DNA from: Eledone cirrhosa
Taxonomy: Eukaryota
NCBI GenBank assembly: GCA_964016885.1
Contig: OZ024743.1
Span: 233,306,001-233,370,000 of the forward strand
Length of the DNA stretch: 64,000 nucleotides
Direction: 5' to 3'
The notes below the pieces were generated by a model. The model was not told where the DNA came from. It was given only the letters and a program-made list of their open reading frames with translations, and searched no databases. Both the position numbers and the translations under genes were made by a program. This document shows positions 18,216 through 31,798 of the stretch, in pieces (positions within the stretch are counted from its first letter, which is position 1; each line of letters opens with the position of its first letter).

Positions 18216-19861
18216 CATTGAGTGCTTCTAATCTATTGTAAAATTGTATTCATTGAGTAATCAACGAACCATACTAATCTTTGGTTATATATATATAGAG
18301 AGAGAGAGAGAATATATATTACTCTTATAATATATCTATATATGTGTGTGTGCGTGCGTGCGTGTGTTAATGTATAGAAAGAGAAATATGTAGGGGGTAT
18401 CTAAGTAAACATTTACACAGATAAATGAAGAATAAGAAAAGATGAAAAGGTGGGAATAGAGTTAAATAAATTGATGGAGCAAGATGGTGGCTGACAATTA
18501 CAAAGATAGATGATAGTGGAGGGGATACTACTGATCAATAATTAGAGAGACGCTGAGAAACAGATGGGTATATAAGACAGATAGATAGATAAATGTACAA
18601 GGGGAGTGAATGACCTAAGAAGATAAACAGTACGGGGTGGTAGGAGAGAAGCATTGAGAGTGAGAGAGAAAAAGATAGAAACAGACAGACACTGAGACGT
18701 ATTCGAACGAAAGGTGGAGGAGATTGAATAGAAAGAAAGATATATCGGGAGAAGGGATAGACATATTCTTTTTTTATTATTAATAAATTATTTAGTCTGT
18801 ATGTAAAAGAAATAGATTGATAAACTGAATTACATAGGATTTGACAATTATAATTCCATATTCATCTAGCATGCTTTGTACGAATAGTAATTAAATCGAC
18901 CCGAGTACATAACTAGTACTTAGTTGGACGAAGAGATTTTAAATAGATATGTATTTATATTTTTAGAAGGGTTTAGCAGTTGCAGCGTGTGAGACAAGCA
19001 AACACTCAAATGATGATGATGATGGTAGTCGCGGTGATAATGATGACGATGATGTTTCTTTTCTTTTTTCTTTTTTTCACTAAGTACTGCAAGGTTGCCA
19101 GCCAATTTCATCGACAATAAAATATATTTGAAGAAAACAACATAGTTTGATGTCAAAACAACAACTGTAGTAGTAGTAGTAGTCGTAGTAGTAGTAGTGG
19201 TGGTGGTATGTTTCCACCATTAATTATTATCCTGTTATTGAAAATATATGATAGTGCCTGTGGTGGTGGTGGTGGCGGTGAGGAGGAGGATAATGATGGT
19301 GGTGTTGGAGACGGTGCTAGTGATGGTGGTTGTGATGATGAGAATGATAAGGGATGTTGATGGTGGTGACGAGGTTGGTGATGATGATGATGGTGGTGGA
19401 GTGGGAGTTATGGTGAATATTATTATTATTATTATTATTATTATTCCCCTCCCCCAAAATTGCTGGTCTTGTGCCTAAATCAAAAACCATTATTATTATT
19501 GTTATAGTTGTTGGTATTGTTATAGTTGTTGTTTTTGTGTATGTCTTCGCTTCCTCCAGGTTGTATTCATAAACAGCAGGAAAATGAAGTCATTCATCGT
19601 GTATGAGGGCTGCTGGGTAATAATTATATTGATGGTGATAATGATGAGAAGGAGGAGGGGGAAGGGGAGGGGAGAAGAATAAGGTGAGGGTGGTAGTGAG
19701 GGAATGGTGGGGGAATTGTGGCGATGCTGGTGATGATAATGATAGTAGTGTTGGTCATGTTGTGATTGCTGAAGATGAAGATGAAATTGGCTGATCGAAG
19801 TTGTGGTGATGATGATGGTGGTGGGGGTTGTATGTGTATGGTGGGGTGATGATGATCATGA

Positions 19862-20078
19862 TAATAATGGTTTCTGATTGAGGCACAAGGCCAGCAATTT
19901 TGGGGGAGGGGAAGTCGATTAAATCGACCCTAGTGCGTTACTGGTACTTTATTTTATCGACCCCATAAGGATGAAAGGCAAGGCTAACCTCGGCGGGAGT
20001 TGAACTCAGAACGTAAAGGGATGTAACTCTACGTCGCAGATCAGGGTGTCCGACGCTCTACTGACACTTCCAATCGAT
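19862..20078 (-). mobile_element. tRNA-SINE (family A), near full length
   Basis: Box B-like gagttcaactc plus shared core and (ATT)n tail. Confidence 0.8.
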
Positions 20079-20299
20079 TTATTTTATTTACCACATGGCT
20101 GTTGGATAGAGGAGACATTACAAAGAAAAATTGCATTACGGTGGGTGTTTACATAGTGATAAGGAAATGGGGTAACATGTATACACAATATACAATTATA
20201 TGAGGCATTCAGTCCTGTTTTAAAGAGCTGAATACCTAAGGCTAACTGAGGAACCCGACAGATCCACAATCGCCTTGACCACCAAGAACAAGTGCCCTC

Positions 20300-21465
20300 T
20301 CCCAAATATCGTTGTTCGACCTACAGGAACAACCTAAGACTAATCCAATTCACTCTTACCATTTTCGCTACTTTCACCCATCCTCATCTTCCTTTCCAAG
20401 TGGAATTTGAAAAAAATCGATGAGGGCCTTTCAGTCTTGTCCACCACACAACTTCCTTCGCCATAGACACCAGACATAGGAAAACTGCTTGTCTTTCCCT
20501 GTTTAAGGAAAGTGGTGACACAATCTTCATCATGGACTCAGTCGATAGCCGGATCCGTCCTACATTCAACAAGAAATGTTCGACATAGTTACACAGGTCA
20601 TAAATACACGAGCATTGACCAAGTGCGTGTAGAACAGTTTCGCCACTCTTCAAGCACTTCCATGCCTGTAGATTTTGTCCCAAATCGGCATTACTCCCCA
20701 ATAGCACTGTTTAACGAAGTGGTGTTAGTAAGAAATTGTTAGATGGATTAACATGGTTGTTAGATGTAATAACAAGAATAGCTGATTTATTTATACATAA
20801 AAAGGTTTACTTCACTTCAGTCAAAAAGAACAATAAACATATTACCACGAGTTGCGAAGGTTGACACTGTTATTTTGTTGTTGTTGTGAGGCTGGTGTAG
20901 TCTGAGACCAGGAGAGAGTAATGGTCTGTAGTTGATTGTAGACCACTGTGGCCTGTAGATAGCGGTGATCTTTACATAGCTTGTTGCTAGCGTAATGCTC
21001 CGATCTCTCTGTGTTAGACGTGGGATCATACAGGCTTTATATACCTGTCGCTTTCTGTCTCCCACCTCGAGGGGATAGCCCACGCATGAACCTGTTCACA
21101 CCAAAAGAGTGGTGACCTAGAGTTTGACCTTTAGGTGTCACCCAAGGTTCAAGGCGTGGACAGATTTCGCTACAACTGTAGGCCAGAGATTCATGGAAAT
21201 TATCCAGAGTCTCTGGGCGAAAGTCTCCTGAACAGACCAGCCAATTCGTTCTTGTCGGCACCTAGATCTATCCCGAGAACGTCGTCACACTTTCCTGCCA
21301 CTAATTCTCTATAGATTGCTAAAATGGAACTTCCGCCGATCGCAATGGCCAACTGGTAGAGGGCTGTAAGTGCCTAACAACATTTTAGGTGCCAATCGAC
21401 CTGTCTTGATCTTTTCTTCACCCTAGACTACAACCCCACCAGAGAAATGTGTCACGGAAAAGTAT
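20300..21465 (-). mobile_element. L1/Tx1-like LINE ORF2 C-terminal remnant interrupted by a solo LTR
   Basis: CLKSGETVLHALGQC zinc-knuckle-like motif and downstream WWTR in ORF 20384-20707; boundaries approximate. Confidence 0.5.
20711..21174 (-). mobile_element. Solo LTR related to the LTRs at 41600 and 43470, 5-bp TSD ACTGT
   Basis: Minus strand begins tgtagcgaaatctgtcc and ends cttcgttaa; ACTGT at 20706-20710 and 21175-21179. Confidence 0.85.
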
Positions 21466-21538
21466 GTCTGACCAGTGACGTAGCTAGAGTGTGAGCCGCC
21501 CGAGGAAGCCCTTCATTTTGCCGCCCCGGGCCCCCACA

Positions 21539-21601
<63 letters not shown>

Positions 21602-21731
21602 AAGGTTATATTTAATTTGTTGGGATTCAACAAGCTTAAAAATGTTTATAACTGATATAAAGCACTCAACAGGTAGTGGAGTAAATATACAATATATTAA
21701 CAAATGGAAACTATATTTATAAAACCATATT

Positions 21732-21797
21732 TATTTTATTATACATATTTCAAGGGCCACCAAGGCAAATTATGGTGCGCTTTCATCAGATAAAATA
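21732..21797 (-). ncRNA. Type I hammerhead ribozyme (minimal stem III)
   Basis: Reverse complement of 21916-21981. Confidence 0.8.
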
Positions 21798-21915
21798 CAA
21801 TACAGATTAGTTTTATAAATAAATATTGACATACCCTTATGGGTATGTCAATATTTATATACCCTATATTTATATAGGGTATGCCAATATTTATTTATAA
21901 AACTAATCTGTATTG

Positions 21916-21981
21916 TATTTTATCTGATGAAAGCGCACCATAATTTGCCTTGGTGGCCCTTGAAATATGTATAATAAAATA
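21916..21981 (+). ncRNA. Type I hammerhead ribozyme (minimal stem III)
   Basis: tattttat-CTGATGA-aag..cacca/tggtg..ctt-GAAA-tatgta-TA^ataaaata; perfect 8-bp stem I. Confidence 0.82.
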
Positions 21982-22483
21982 AATATGGTTTTATAAATAT
22001 AGTTTCCATTTGTTAATATATTGTATATATATATATATATATGTATTAATTAGTCTGTGTATAATTATAATATTATGCTGCAGCATTAAAAGAACGCTTA
22101 TAGCCTACAGCAGATCCAAAAGTACCACCCTCATAAAAGTGTCGCCCGGGGTGGACTGCCCCCTTCACCTGCCTCTAGCTACGCTACTGCATCTGACACC
22201 AGATGATCACACCCGCTCACCATCCAAGAATATCTGCAAATGTCGCAGACTCAGTCATGATTGCGCATCGACAGTCACGGAATGCTGAGTCCCCCGTGCT
22301 GTAGGTGTTTGCAACAAATGAGCTGTCTGACCAGTGAGGCGTGGCCTTCCCAAAAGAAGTGGAAGAACAGACAGGGTAGCTTGGTCAGACGAGAACTATG
22401 ACAAGGCACGGCGGTCAGACGGTAAATGACGATGGATGCGATGTAAGCGTTCACCACCTATATTCGACATTCCAGTGATAGCT

Positions 22484-22505
22484 TTCTTTTCTTCTTCTTC
22501 TTCTT

Positions 22506-22536
<31 letters not shown>

Positions 22537-23735
22537 TGAGGGTTGTGGGAGCAAAGTCCACAAACACTCTTTCCAGCGAGTCCTGTCAGAAGCAACCGTA
22601 TCCAACTGATCTGGGTGGATCACCAAGCAAGACCAGCCATACTCATGGATGTTATCCAATCATCTTGTTCGGGGTCTACTCCGAGTCTCCTGCCTGTTGG
22701 TTTTTCTCGTAAAATCTGTCCAGCGATTCTTTTATGAAACATTCTAACCACATGTCCATAGTATTGGAGCTGTGATCTCTCAATTCGAAGTAGCGGCTCT
22801 ACCTGGATGTGACTCTCTGATCTTCGAGCTACGCACTCTATCGAGTATCGTTGCTCCAAGGACTTTTCGGAGGAACCCCATTTTGGCCGTTTGTATTCGC
22901 GATTGTATTCTTTCGAATACCGAATTGAAGATTCCTCTGTAACTGGAACAATCTCTCTTGTCTCCTTTTTTGAAAATTGGGATTATCACTCACGATTGCC
23001 ATGCTTATGTGCCTTTCCAGATATCCAGGCCACCCGGCACACATGAGTCAACCAGAGAATACCTTCTCTATTTAAGGCTTTTAACATCTCGAGCCGGATT
23101 TCATCTTCCCCAGCGGGTTTGCCACATTTAAGCTCTTTAACTGCTTAGCATCTGAGAGATTAGTCACTGATCCCAGATGCACCTCGTGTATATCACAAGA
23201 TGCTGTTGTGATCGGGTTTAGATCAGCAAAGTATTCTCTCCACCTCACAAGGATGCACCTCTCTGAAGAAAGGAGAACCCCAGATGTGTTCCTGATAGCA
23301 GGTGTGTAGGAGGATTTCTTGTTACGAAGTCGGCGTATGGTCTACCAGAACGCTTTATTTGTTGAACTGAAGACGGATTCCAGCTTAACCCCAAGATCCT
23401 CATATGTCTTAACTTTGGATGCCTTTACTGTCTCTGCTGCAATTCCTCGTACCTGCTTGTACCGCAAGTGCAAGAAAGGAGACTTATTCCCAAGCCAAGC
23501 TTGGTAGGCCTCCTTCTTTACTCGGATGCCATCCAGCCCACGCCACACCAAACCGCTTTCGCCCACAACATTTAACGGCTGAATCAGAAACTGCTGAGCT
23601 GAACAATCTCCACTCTGTCTCAACATCCTCAGTTTGTTCAGGGAGTTCTCTGAATTTGGATGCAATAGTATCAACATACCTGGCGTGTCAAACGTATTTT
23701 TAAACCTGACGGAGCCCATCCCTCCCCCTGATTAG
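22484..23735 (-). mobile_element. Decayed RTE LINE with (GAA)n tail
   Basis: LLRIERSQLQYYGHVVRM and IIPIFKKGDKRDCSSYRGI motifs; (CTT)n at 22484-22535. Confidence 0.85.
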
Positions 23736-23780
23736 AACAGCCGATTTTTTCAAGAGAAAGACTGATATATATATATACAT

Positions 23781-23816
<36 letters not shown>

Positions 23817-23844
23817 TGAGAGAGAGAGAGAGAGAAAGAGAGAG

Positions 23845-24305
23845 AATTGACCCCAGTACTAGATAGGTACTTTATTTATTGACCTCGAAAGGATAAAAAG
23901 AAAAAATTAACCTCGGCGGGATTTGAACTCAGAGTGCAGTGAGCCGGAACAAATACCGAGTCATTTTTAATCCGACTCTTTAAGAATCTGCCAATCCGCT
24001 ACTTTACATACGAAGGACAAATCACAAAAATGTTGGGGTGAGGCATTTCGCAGAATCAATCATGAAAAAACAAAAAAACAAAAAGTCATAGTAAACAACA
24101 TTGTACTAAAAGAAATGAAATAATTGTTTCTACTTTTGGCACAATGCCAACAATTAACCAGTACATTACTGGTACTTTATTTTATCGAATCCGTAAGGAT
24201 GAAAGGCAAAGTTAACCATGACGGGATTTGAACTCAGATCGTAAAGGGATGTAAGTATGTTAGAAAGCATAGCGTCCGACACTCTACCGATACTGCCAAT
24301 TCACC
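23845..24305 (-). mobile_element. Two family A SINE copies
   Basis: Core matches at about 23845-24000 and 24120-24305. Confidence 0.75.
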
Positions 24306-24514
24306 TACGTCCTAGTAAGAGGATAGCCACCTAAAGTCAAATACGATAGCCCATAAATTCAGTTTTACGTAGACAAATCAAGGGCAAATATCGTCTCCAA
24401 ATTGCGTTTTTTAGCCTCCAAGCACATCTGAGAATAAACACATTAACATGGGTCGTTCTCACACACTCTCTAAAAAATTCATAGGAGACTTACGTACATA
24501 TAAATAAAATTTTA

Positions 24515-25100
24515 TTCACAGTTGTATAAATAACATTACAAATGCATGAATGACATTATAAATTGCTCGTCATTCTTTTAGAGGAACATTACAAATTTAA
24601 TGTCGTTGATAAATATAAATATAAACGAATAAAAGAGAGAGAGAAAAGAAAAGAAGAAAGAATAAAAAAGGTGGAAGCAAACACAAAAACGAAAACTACC
24701 ATCAATTCACCACCAAGTGCGATAATCGACAGCACATTACAAGGGTTTATGGAACACTTTGAGGCAAGCAAACATTACCACGGGTGATAGCGAGGCTAAG
24801 GCGCTGAAACAACCAGGCATTCTCGCGGACACTTCAGCACGTCGAGTGGCCAGGACTTCCCTGTCAGAGGCCCAACTTCACCAAACGTCTCGAATGCCAC
24901 AGGCTGGGAAAAAAAAATTATTTGATAAATCCAAGTATTTCCGAATATTATTCCATTCAGCAACAGGAGCAATGACCCCCATTTTTACCGCGCTGTCCAC
25001 GATGCGGGAGAGAGCAAAAGAATCACTGACTGAGGTGCCCCAGATGAGACACCTGCCTCTTACCCATCACTTCTGGATAATCCAGCCGGCTCCAGAACTC
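24515..25100 (-). mobile_element. CRE-like non-LTR retrotransposon 3' remnant
   Basis: Colinear with 54315-54900, including the 3' UTR. Confidence 0.6.
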
Positions 25101-26278
25101 AGGGGATCTCTATTTTTATCCTCACTTCTTCTTCAAATGGAACTTAAAGTTGTTGATCAGGGCTTGACTGAAGTGGCAGATATCCGTCATTAGTCTTTCC
25201 TTTTCAATCTTGTCTATCATACTATTTATTTCTCTTTGCCATGGCTAACAAACACAGGAAAATTGCCTGCACTTCCTAGCTATAGAAAAGCGGCGGAGTG
25301 ATGCTTACAATGGGCACGGTTGATTGCCGGATCTTTCCTATATATGTAAACCGCTGTTACACTTAAATTACAAAATCATCAATGCTCTGAAAATAAATGT
25401 GCCCGTACAGAAACGATTTTGTTGACTTTGTTGTACCTCGAACAGACCCTGTTGACGACACTACTACGTCTGTAAAGTTCATCCCGAATCAGCAATACCA
25501 CCCCTAATCCAGTAGTATTGTCAGGCCAGAGATTTGGAGAGGGCATTCATAATCACAAGCTAAAAAGCCCTTGGAAACGTCTGTTCCACTATTTTTCGCC
25601 GGCGCCTAAATATACCCGAAACGACGTCGATTTTACCAGCAAAAGGATAAAGTGAAATAGGTGACATAGGTGACAGTCAAAATTGCAAATCAGGTCGTTG
25701 AAACCAACAACAATAATCAATAAAAAATTCGTATATGAGAAACAAAACAAAGTAGTCCAAGGGAGGTAAATGCCTTTTAACTGATTTATTTCACTTTGTT
25801 TTCTCTTTTGGTATACCAGCAGCTATTTTGCAATCGTCACGTCAACCCATGTGCAGGGCCGATGCTTGGGTATTAACGCATTACGCTAGCCCTATAATGT
25901 GTGACATTTTCCCTCCACTTATGTCCCCATTCTCCCAGTTATGCGCCATATTCTTCAATTTAAAATAATTTCAATTTACAGTTTAACCAGCTGTCGAACC
26001 TAGTTTTTAGCGTTTCATGTCTCGACCATACAAAGAAAATTGATAAGCCTGCATTTTCTACCACACAGTCCATACCCACCTATGCTAAACCATGTGACAG
26101 GTAAAAACACCATACGACCTTCTCCACTGCTTTGGATATTCCCACAAAGATGTTTAGCGATTTATGTATTGCTTACAGGAAATTAGTATACATTTAATCA
26201 TACAAATTTGTATAAAACCATGATCCATTAAGTTTCAGAAATACGCATCTCTATATGTATACACACACACACACACAT

Positions 26279-26353
<75 letters not shown>

Positions 26354-26521
26354 CCCTGTAATTTATAGGCTCAAAGGAATAAGTATCCTGGGCTCTTCAA
26401 ATATAATATATAGAAAAGATAACACACGAGAGAGAGAGTGGCTTTCCCTGTACATTGATAAATACACACTCTCTCTCGTGTGTTATCATTTCTATATATA
26501 TTCTATATATATATATATTTA

Positions 26522-26611
<90 letters not shown>

Positions 26612-26628
26612 TATACATATATATATAT

Positions 26629-26782
26629 TGTTATACTTGGGGAGGGTCATATTTGTGTAATAATATTGCCAGAATTAATAACAGAACACACTCACTGTTT
26701 GGTTGGTTTTCGCTTCTGTGTCTTTTAAATTTAATTTATTCGGTCCTCAATGTTACCATTCTCGCAAAACTAATATATATAT

Positions 26783-26870
<88 letters not shown>

Positions 26871-27087
26871 CGGCGATGAATTAGTTTTGCGAGGTTGTCT
26901 ATATTATACCTGATTATGTCTATATTATATCTGTATTTTTGACCGTTGGTCAGTCAATGGTAACACTGAGGACCGAATAAATTAAATTAACCGATATAAA
27001 AGACACAGAAGCGAAAACCAAACAAAACAGTGAGTGTGTTATTAATTCTGGCAATATTATTACACAAATATGACCCTCCCCAAGTAT

Positions 27088-27091
<4 letters not shown>
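26629..27091. mobile_element. Foldback element in (TA)n with TGTTAT...ATAACA ends
   Basis: About 130-bp inverted arms, ATAT flanks, terminal motif shared with 32707-33271. Confidence 0.8.
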
Positions 27092-27178
<87 letters not shown>

Positions 27179-27179
<1 letters not shown>

Positions 27180-28010
27180 TCTTTTACCTGTTCCAGCCAT
27201 CCGGCTGAGGCTATGCTGGGGCAACGCCCTTGTTGCTACACGTTCTATCTCCAGCCTGTGTTGGCTGGCCATTGCTGTAAGACGGAGTTCGTTGCTGCTG
27301 CCTTTAGGTTACCTTTGTACCGTGCTGTGGGCTCATCTAGTGTCCTGGATAGCAGTGTGTCAAGATGTTTCTTGAAAACATCCCCGTCCACACCATGTAG
27401 ATCTCTCAAATTTCTTGGCAGCTTGTTTTAAAGTGTTGAGGGCCTTTGAACCCCAGGCTATAGCAATATCTGCTCCTTATTCGAGATATGAAAGACGGGA
27501 CCTTTGGAACCACACAGTGACGTCCTGTTCGGGGGTTGGTCCAGCTCTCAATGCCAAAGTTTGGTGCTAGTCTCTCCAGGATTTTTCATATGTATATCAC
27601 TGTGTAACTCTCCCGTCTTCGTTCCAAGTAGTAGAGTTTCAGCCTCTAAAAGTAGCTCATCTCTTTCATCGTGGCAATTTTCTTGGTGTAGCTTCATTGG
27701 ATTGCCTCAAGCTCCATGGTTAGTTTGATACTATGGGGTGACCACAGCTGGGAGCAGTATCAACATGGCTTAGGATAAATGTCCTCCACGGTATCAACAT
27801 GGTCTCTCGGTCTCTTGCCCTGAGAGTCCTCAAGATCCAGCTAGCGAGTCGCCTGCACATTGTCGCCACCCTCATGATGTGTGAAGAAAAATATGCATCA
27901 TCGCTCATGTCTTCCCCAAGTCTCGTATCGATTTCGACACGGGGGTTTCGATCCCTCCTGGTCCGGTGTAGCTGTGTTGTATTGTCTTTTGCACGTTGGT
28001 ATTGTATCAT
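27179..28010 (-). mobile_element. Decayed CR1/L2-like LINE 3' fragment
   Basis: WILRTLRARDRETMLIPWRTFILSHVD resembles a CR1 ORF2 C-terminus. Confidence 0.55.
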
Positions 28011-28199
28011 TTAAACGGAGCTGAGTTTAAAATGTAACTTTGAAGAAATAACATATAAATGTTATCGATATTCTTTTATCAGGAACAGGAAATAAAATTT
28101 ACCTAATCTTTCTTCTTAATCCGTAGAAATTAACTAGACAAATTTAAACGGAGCTAAGTCTAAAATGTAAATTTGAAGCAAAAAAATAGATAAACGTTA

Positions 28200-28895
28200 C
28201 CAAAGATTCTCCCAAGCGTCCTCCCAAGAAAGATTTTGCCTTGGAAAGGAGGCCCAACTTAGATGATAAATAATATTGTTGTCTTGGAAGCCCCAAATAT
28301 GGCCAGAAAGTGCTGTCGTGTGTCGCCGGGTTTTCTAAATGAATGTTGGTGTTGGTAATACCGGGTCTTAAACTCGCAGGCGGTTAATCCTGCAGTTGAT
28401 GTCCAACTCCATGTCGTCATTGTTGTTCAGGATGCTTTCAATGTACGTGAAGTGGTTGACCTCGTCCAGCTCCTGTTGGTTTACCTTAACTGCAGCCATC
28501 TGGTCACTTCCCACCTTCATAACCTTGGTCTTTTGGGTGTTGATTCGTAACCCGATCTTCTCAGCGTTCTGCTGTTGGAAAGTTGATAGCTCTTGCAGGT
28601 TCGTACTGCCCTCAGATAGTTAGGCGATGTCGTCGGCAAAACCCAGGTCTTTCAGCCTTGATTTTGCTGTCCACAAGATCCTCCGACCGGCTCCGTTGGC
28701 AGTATTTTTCAATATGAAATCAGCTTCCAACAGAACAACAGGGGAGAGAGGATGCAGCCTTGTCTGACCCCGGAGATGATGTCAAAGAACTCCGTTGTAC
28801 CTGATTCGGTTCTCACGCAACAGCTCGAGTTGACGTACAGGCCTCAGAAGATGGTGATGAAACTGTGGAATTCAATACAAGCGCGCAATGTTCCA
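28200..28895 (-). mobile_element. Decayed RTE-like RT fragment
   Basis: Minus-strand GVRQGCILSP and LGFADDIA motifs. Confidence 0.7.
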
Positions 28896-29519
28896 CAGCG
28901 TGTGTGTACGTGTCTATGTTTGTGTCCCATAACATAGCGATTTGACAGAGATCGATTAAATATGTACCAGATTAAAAAAATATATATAATAAATACTGGA
29001 GTCAATATGATATATATGTTCGATTAAATCCTTTGAAAGTTGTGCCCCAGCATGGCCCTACTCTAATGACTGAAACTAGTAAAGGAATAAAGAATATATC
29101 AGACTACATTATCGAATATGTTCCACATTTTGAAAATACAGTATGGTGTGATTTGGAGGATGTTTAGTTACTGTTTCTATCAGATTGAGAGAGCAACTAA
29201 GGGCTCCCTAGTTGTTGTTCGTTAATCAGAATTTCGTTATTTCGGAGGTTTACTGTGCAACATTATTTGAGCATCATTGTCTGTTTAGTGATCTAATAGG
29301 AACTAGTGTTTCAGTTACATATTTCTGTTAATATTGATATAACTACAGAACAGATGTACATGGCAGCTGCTCTGTGAATAAACGTTTGTCAGTTATATTA
29401 GACTAATTGAAAAGGGAGATAACTATAAAAAATTGTGGTTCTATGTAAAACACAAATTACCTACCTTGGTTCATTTTATACAGTCCTATACTTTCTAAAA
29501 TCTCCATGGATGGACTACA

Positions 29520-29935
29520 TTTGGATTGGCAGTATCGGTAGAGGGTCGGACGCCATGCTTTACAGCATAGTTACGTGCCTTTACGATTTGAGTTCAAATC
29601 CCGCCGAGGTTGACTTTGCCTTTCATCCGTACGGGGTCGATAAAATAAAGTACCAGTAATGCACTAGGTATTTGCAGGCCTTGTGCCTAAAGTAGAAACA
29701 ATTATTTTTCTTGTGCCTAAAATAGAAACAATTATTTTTAACGCGGTGAATTGGCAGTATCGGTAGAGGGTTGAACGCCATGCTTTCTAGCATAGTTACG
29801 TCCCTTTACGGTTTGAGTTCAAATCCCGCCGAGGTTAACTTTGCCTTTCATCCTTACGGGGTCGATAAAATAAAGTACCAGTAATGTACTGAGTAATTGC
29901 TGGCCTTGTGCCTAGAGTAGAAACAATTATTTTTA
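29520..29935 (+). mobile_element. Tandem pair of family A SINEs
   Basis: Two head-to-tail near-identical copies starting attggcagtatcggtagaggg. Confidence 0.85.
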
Positions 29936-30051
29936 ACATGACAGGCTGAATGAGTTGAAATAAACAACCCAACGAAACTTAAGTAACTATATGTCCCTGT
30001 TGTAACTGATTATACATAACTCGTCCTACGGGTTGAGTGCTCTAAGTCCTT

Positions 30052-30900
30052 GTATGTTCTTCTGGTTTTATAATTTCACAAATTTTTACCAATAGAGAGA
30101 GAGTCGGTTTCTAACATAGACACAAGACTCTCTCATTGGAATTTACACAACATCAACTAGGTAGATTAAGTATGCTTGCCTACATGCATACATGTGTAGA
30201 TATGGATGTTATTGTATGTGTGGATGTGGATGTTTTGAGTTGTATGTGTGCATGCTTTGTATCTGTACATGTGTATATGCAGTTATTAGATGCAACATTT
30301 TTGGAATGTTTTACATGTTTTTACTGTTCCATTAATGAGTTGTACTTGTAATTTCCTAACTAGTTGTGTTCTCTCTGTTCCCGTGAAGCCTAGCTTCTCA
30401 AGATTTGTATTGAGGTAGTTACTAACATACCTCAGTGCCCCAATAATCACAGGCATAAATCTGAAGGTATAATCAGGATGGAGTATCTGCAGATTTCTCA
30501 TCAGTTCTGCATAAATCTTTGATATTATATTGGCATCTGCTGGGCAGCTAACTTCCACTACTGTGCATGCTTTCTTTTCCTTGTCCCATATCATAATATC
30601 TGGTCTGTTATGCCTGCATTTTATTGGGGTTTTTACTGGAACATTCCTCCAGTACTTTTTCATATTATGTATATGGATGTCTTCCACATTGCTGTAGCTT
30701 TTAATATGTTTATTATCGAGGCTATCTTTTCTACGGATTGCATTGTACAGTGTTTTGGCCACTACATCATGCCTCATGGGTAGATAGTACCGCGATGGCA
30801 TCTTTGGGCAGCTGCTGATGACATGGGTGACATCTTCGATGTCAATTCTGCAGAGTCTGCACTTGTTATCACATCTAGGTGTTTTGCCTGCATCCCTATC
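30052..30900 (-). mobile_element. R4/Dong-like non-LTR element 3' fragment (CCHC + restriction-like endonuclease)
   Basis: CRLC...H..SSC, RHD, RPDI..D..VEVS motifs; colinear with 51650-52478. Confidence 0.85.
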
Positions 30901-30974
30901 TGTCTGTATGTATGTATGTATGTATGTATGTATGTATGTATGTATGTATGTATGTATGTATGTATGTATGTATG

Positions 30975-31490
30975 AGGGGCATTGCTGTTGCATTTCCAGA
31001 CGTCGAAGGTCCTCCTATGGTGCTGACATGCAGCGTCTGTGCGAGACTCTGCCTAAGCAAAGCTGGAGTCGAAAGTCATCTTCGCAGTCATAAAGTAAGA
31101 CCAGTGGTTGACTACCAGGCTGCTGTTGGAGATGCTATTCATCATGCTTGCCAAGCATGTAGTAGAGAATGTAAATCAGCAGGAGGGCTCAAACGACATG
31201 CAAAAGTACATGAACTCCAACCACAGCCGGCTATTCCCAGTGAATGTTTTGGTTGCCAACTCTGTGCAAGACATTTTAGATCATTGGCTGGGCTAAAAAG
31301 TCACATTCGATCGCAGCGCTATCGTGTGTGTGTGTGTGTAGGTATGTTTATGTGTGTGTTTATATGTATATTATTATTGTTGTTGTTCTCGTTATTAATA
31401 TTGTTATTATTATTATTATTGTTATTATTATGTTGTTATTTTTTTTTTCCCGTGCAATAGCCATACTCGATAACAAGGGGGCAGCCATCA
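30975..31490 (+). mobile_element. LINE 3' end with three C2H2-type zinc fingers, flanked by (TATG)n
   Basis: CSVC..HLRSH, CQAC..HAKVH, CQLC..HIRSQ; 3' terminus gccatactcga..gggggcagccatc recurs near 39305 and 40374. Confidence 0.7.
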
Positions 31491-31665
31491 TGTATGTATG
31501 TATGTATGTATGTATGTATGTATGTATGTATGTATGTATGTATGTATGTATGTATGTATGTATGTATGTATGTATGTATGTATGTATAACGAAGGAAGTG
31601 TGGTAAAGAACCAGGTGGACCATAACGCACCAGAGTACTCAATACCTAGGGTAGTAGAATGGGTA

Positions 31666-31798
31666 ATAGGAAAAGAGTCTGGACCCCGACGGCTGAGCTC
31701 CGGCCGTTTCGACAGCCTAGATCTGAACACATCTGAGTTCAGATCTAGCTGTCGAAACGGCCGGAGCTCAGCCGTCGGGGTCCAGACTCTTTTCCTAT
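31666..31798. repeat. Short foldback carrying the 3' half of a hammerhead on each strand
   Basis: About 60-bp arms; GAAAC-GGC...GCC-GTC^ at 31754-31776; ends in (TA)n. Confidence 0.8.

Larger units (their letters stand above)
21685..22028. repeat. Foldback palindrome (about 150-bp arms) carrying two inverted hammerheads
   Basis: Arms are reverse complements; centre has nested mini-palindromes. Confidence 0.95.
21473..22189. mobile_element. hAT-type MITE with 17-bp TIRs and a degenerate 8-bp TSD
   Basis: cagtgacgtagctagag / ctctagctacgctactg; flanks tgtctgac and catctgac. Confidence 0.75.

Noticed and set aside
29520-29935. tRNA genes
   Set aside because: Box A/B-like heads continue into a SINE core; no complete cloverleaf
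30879-31460. Host C2H2 zinc-finger gene
   Set aside because: No TGEKP linkers or splice context; ends in a repeated retroelement 3' terminus with a microsatellite tail
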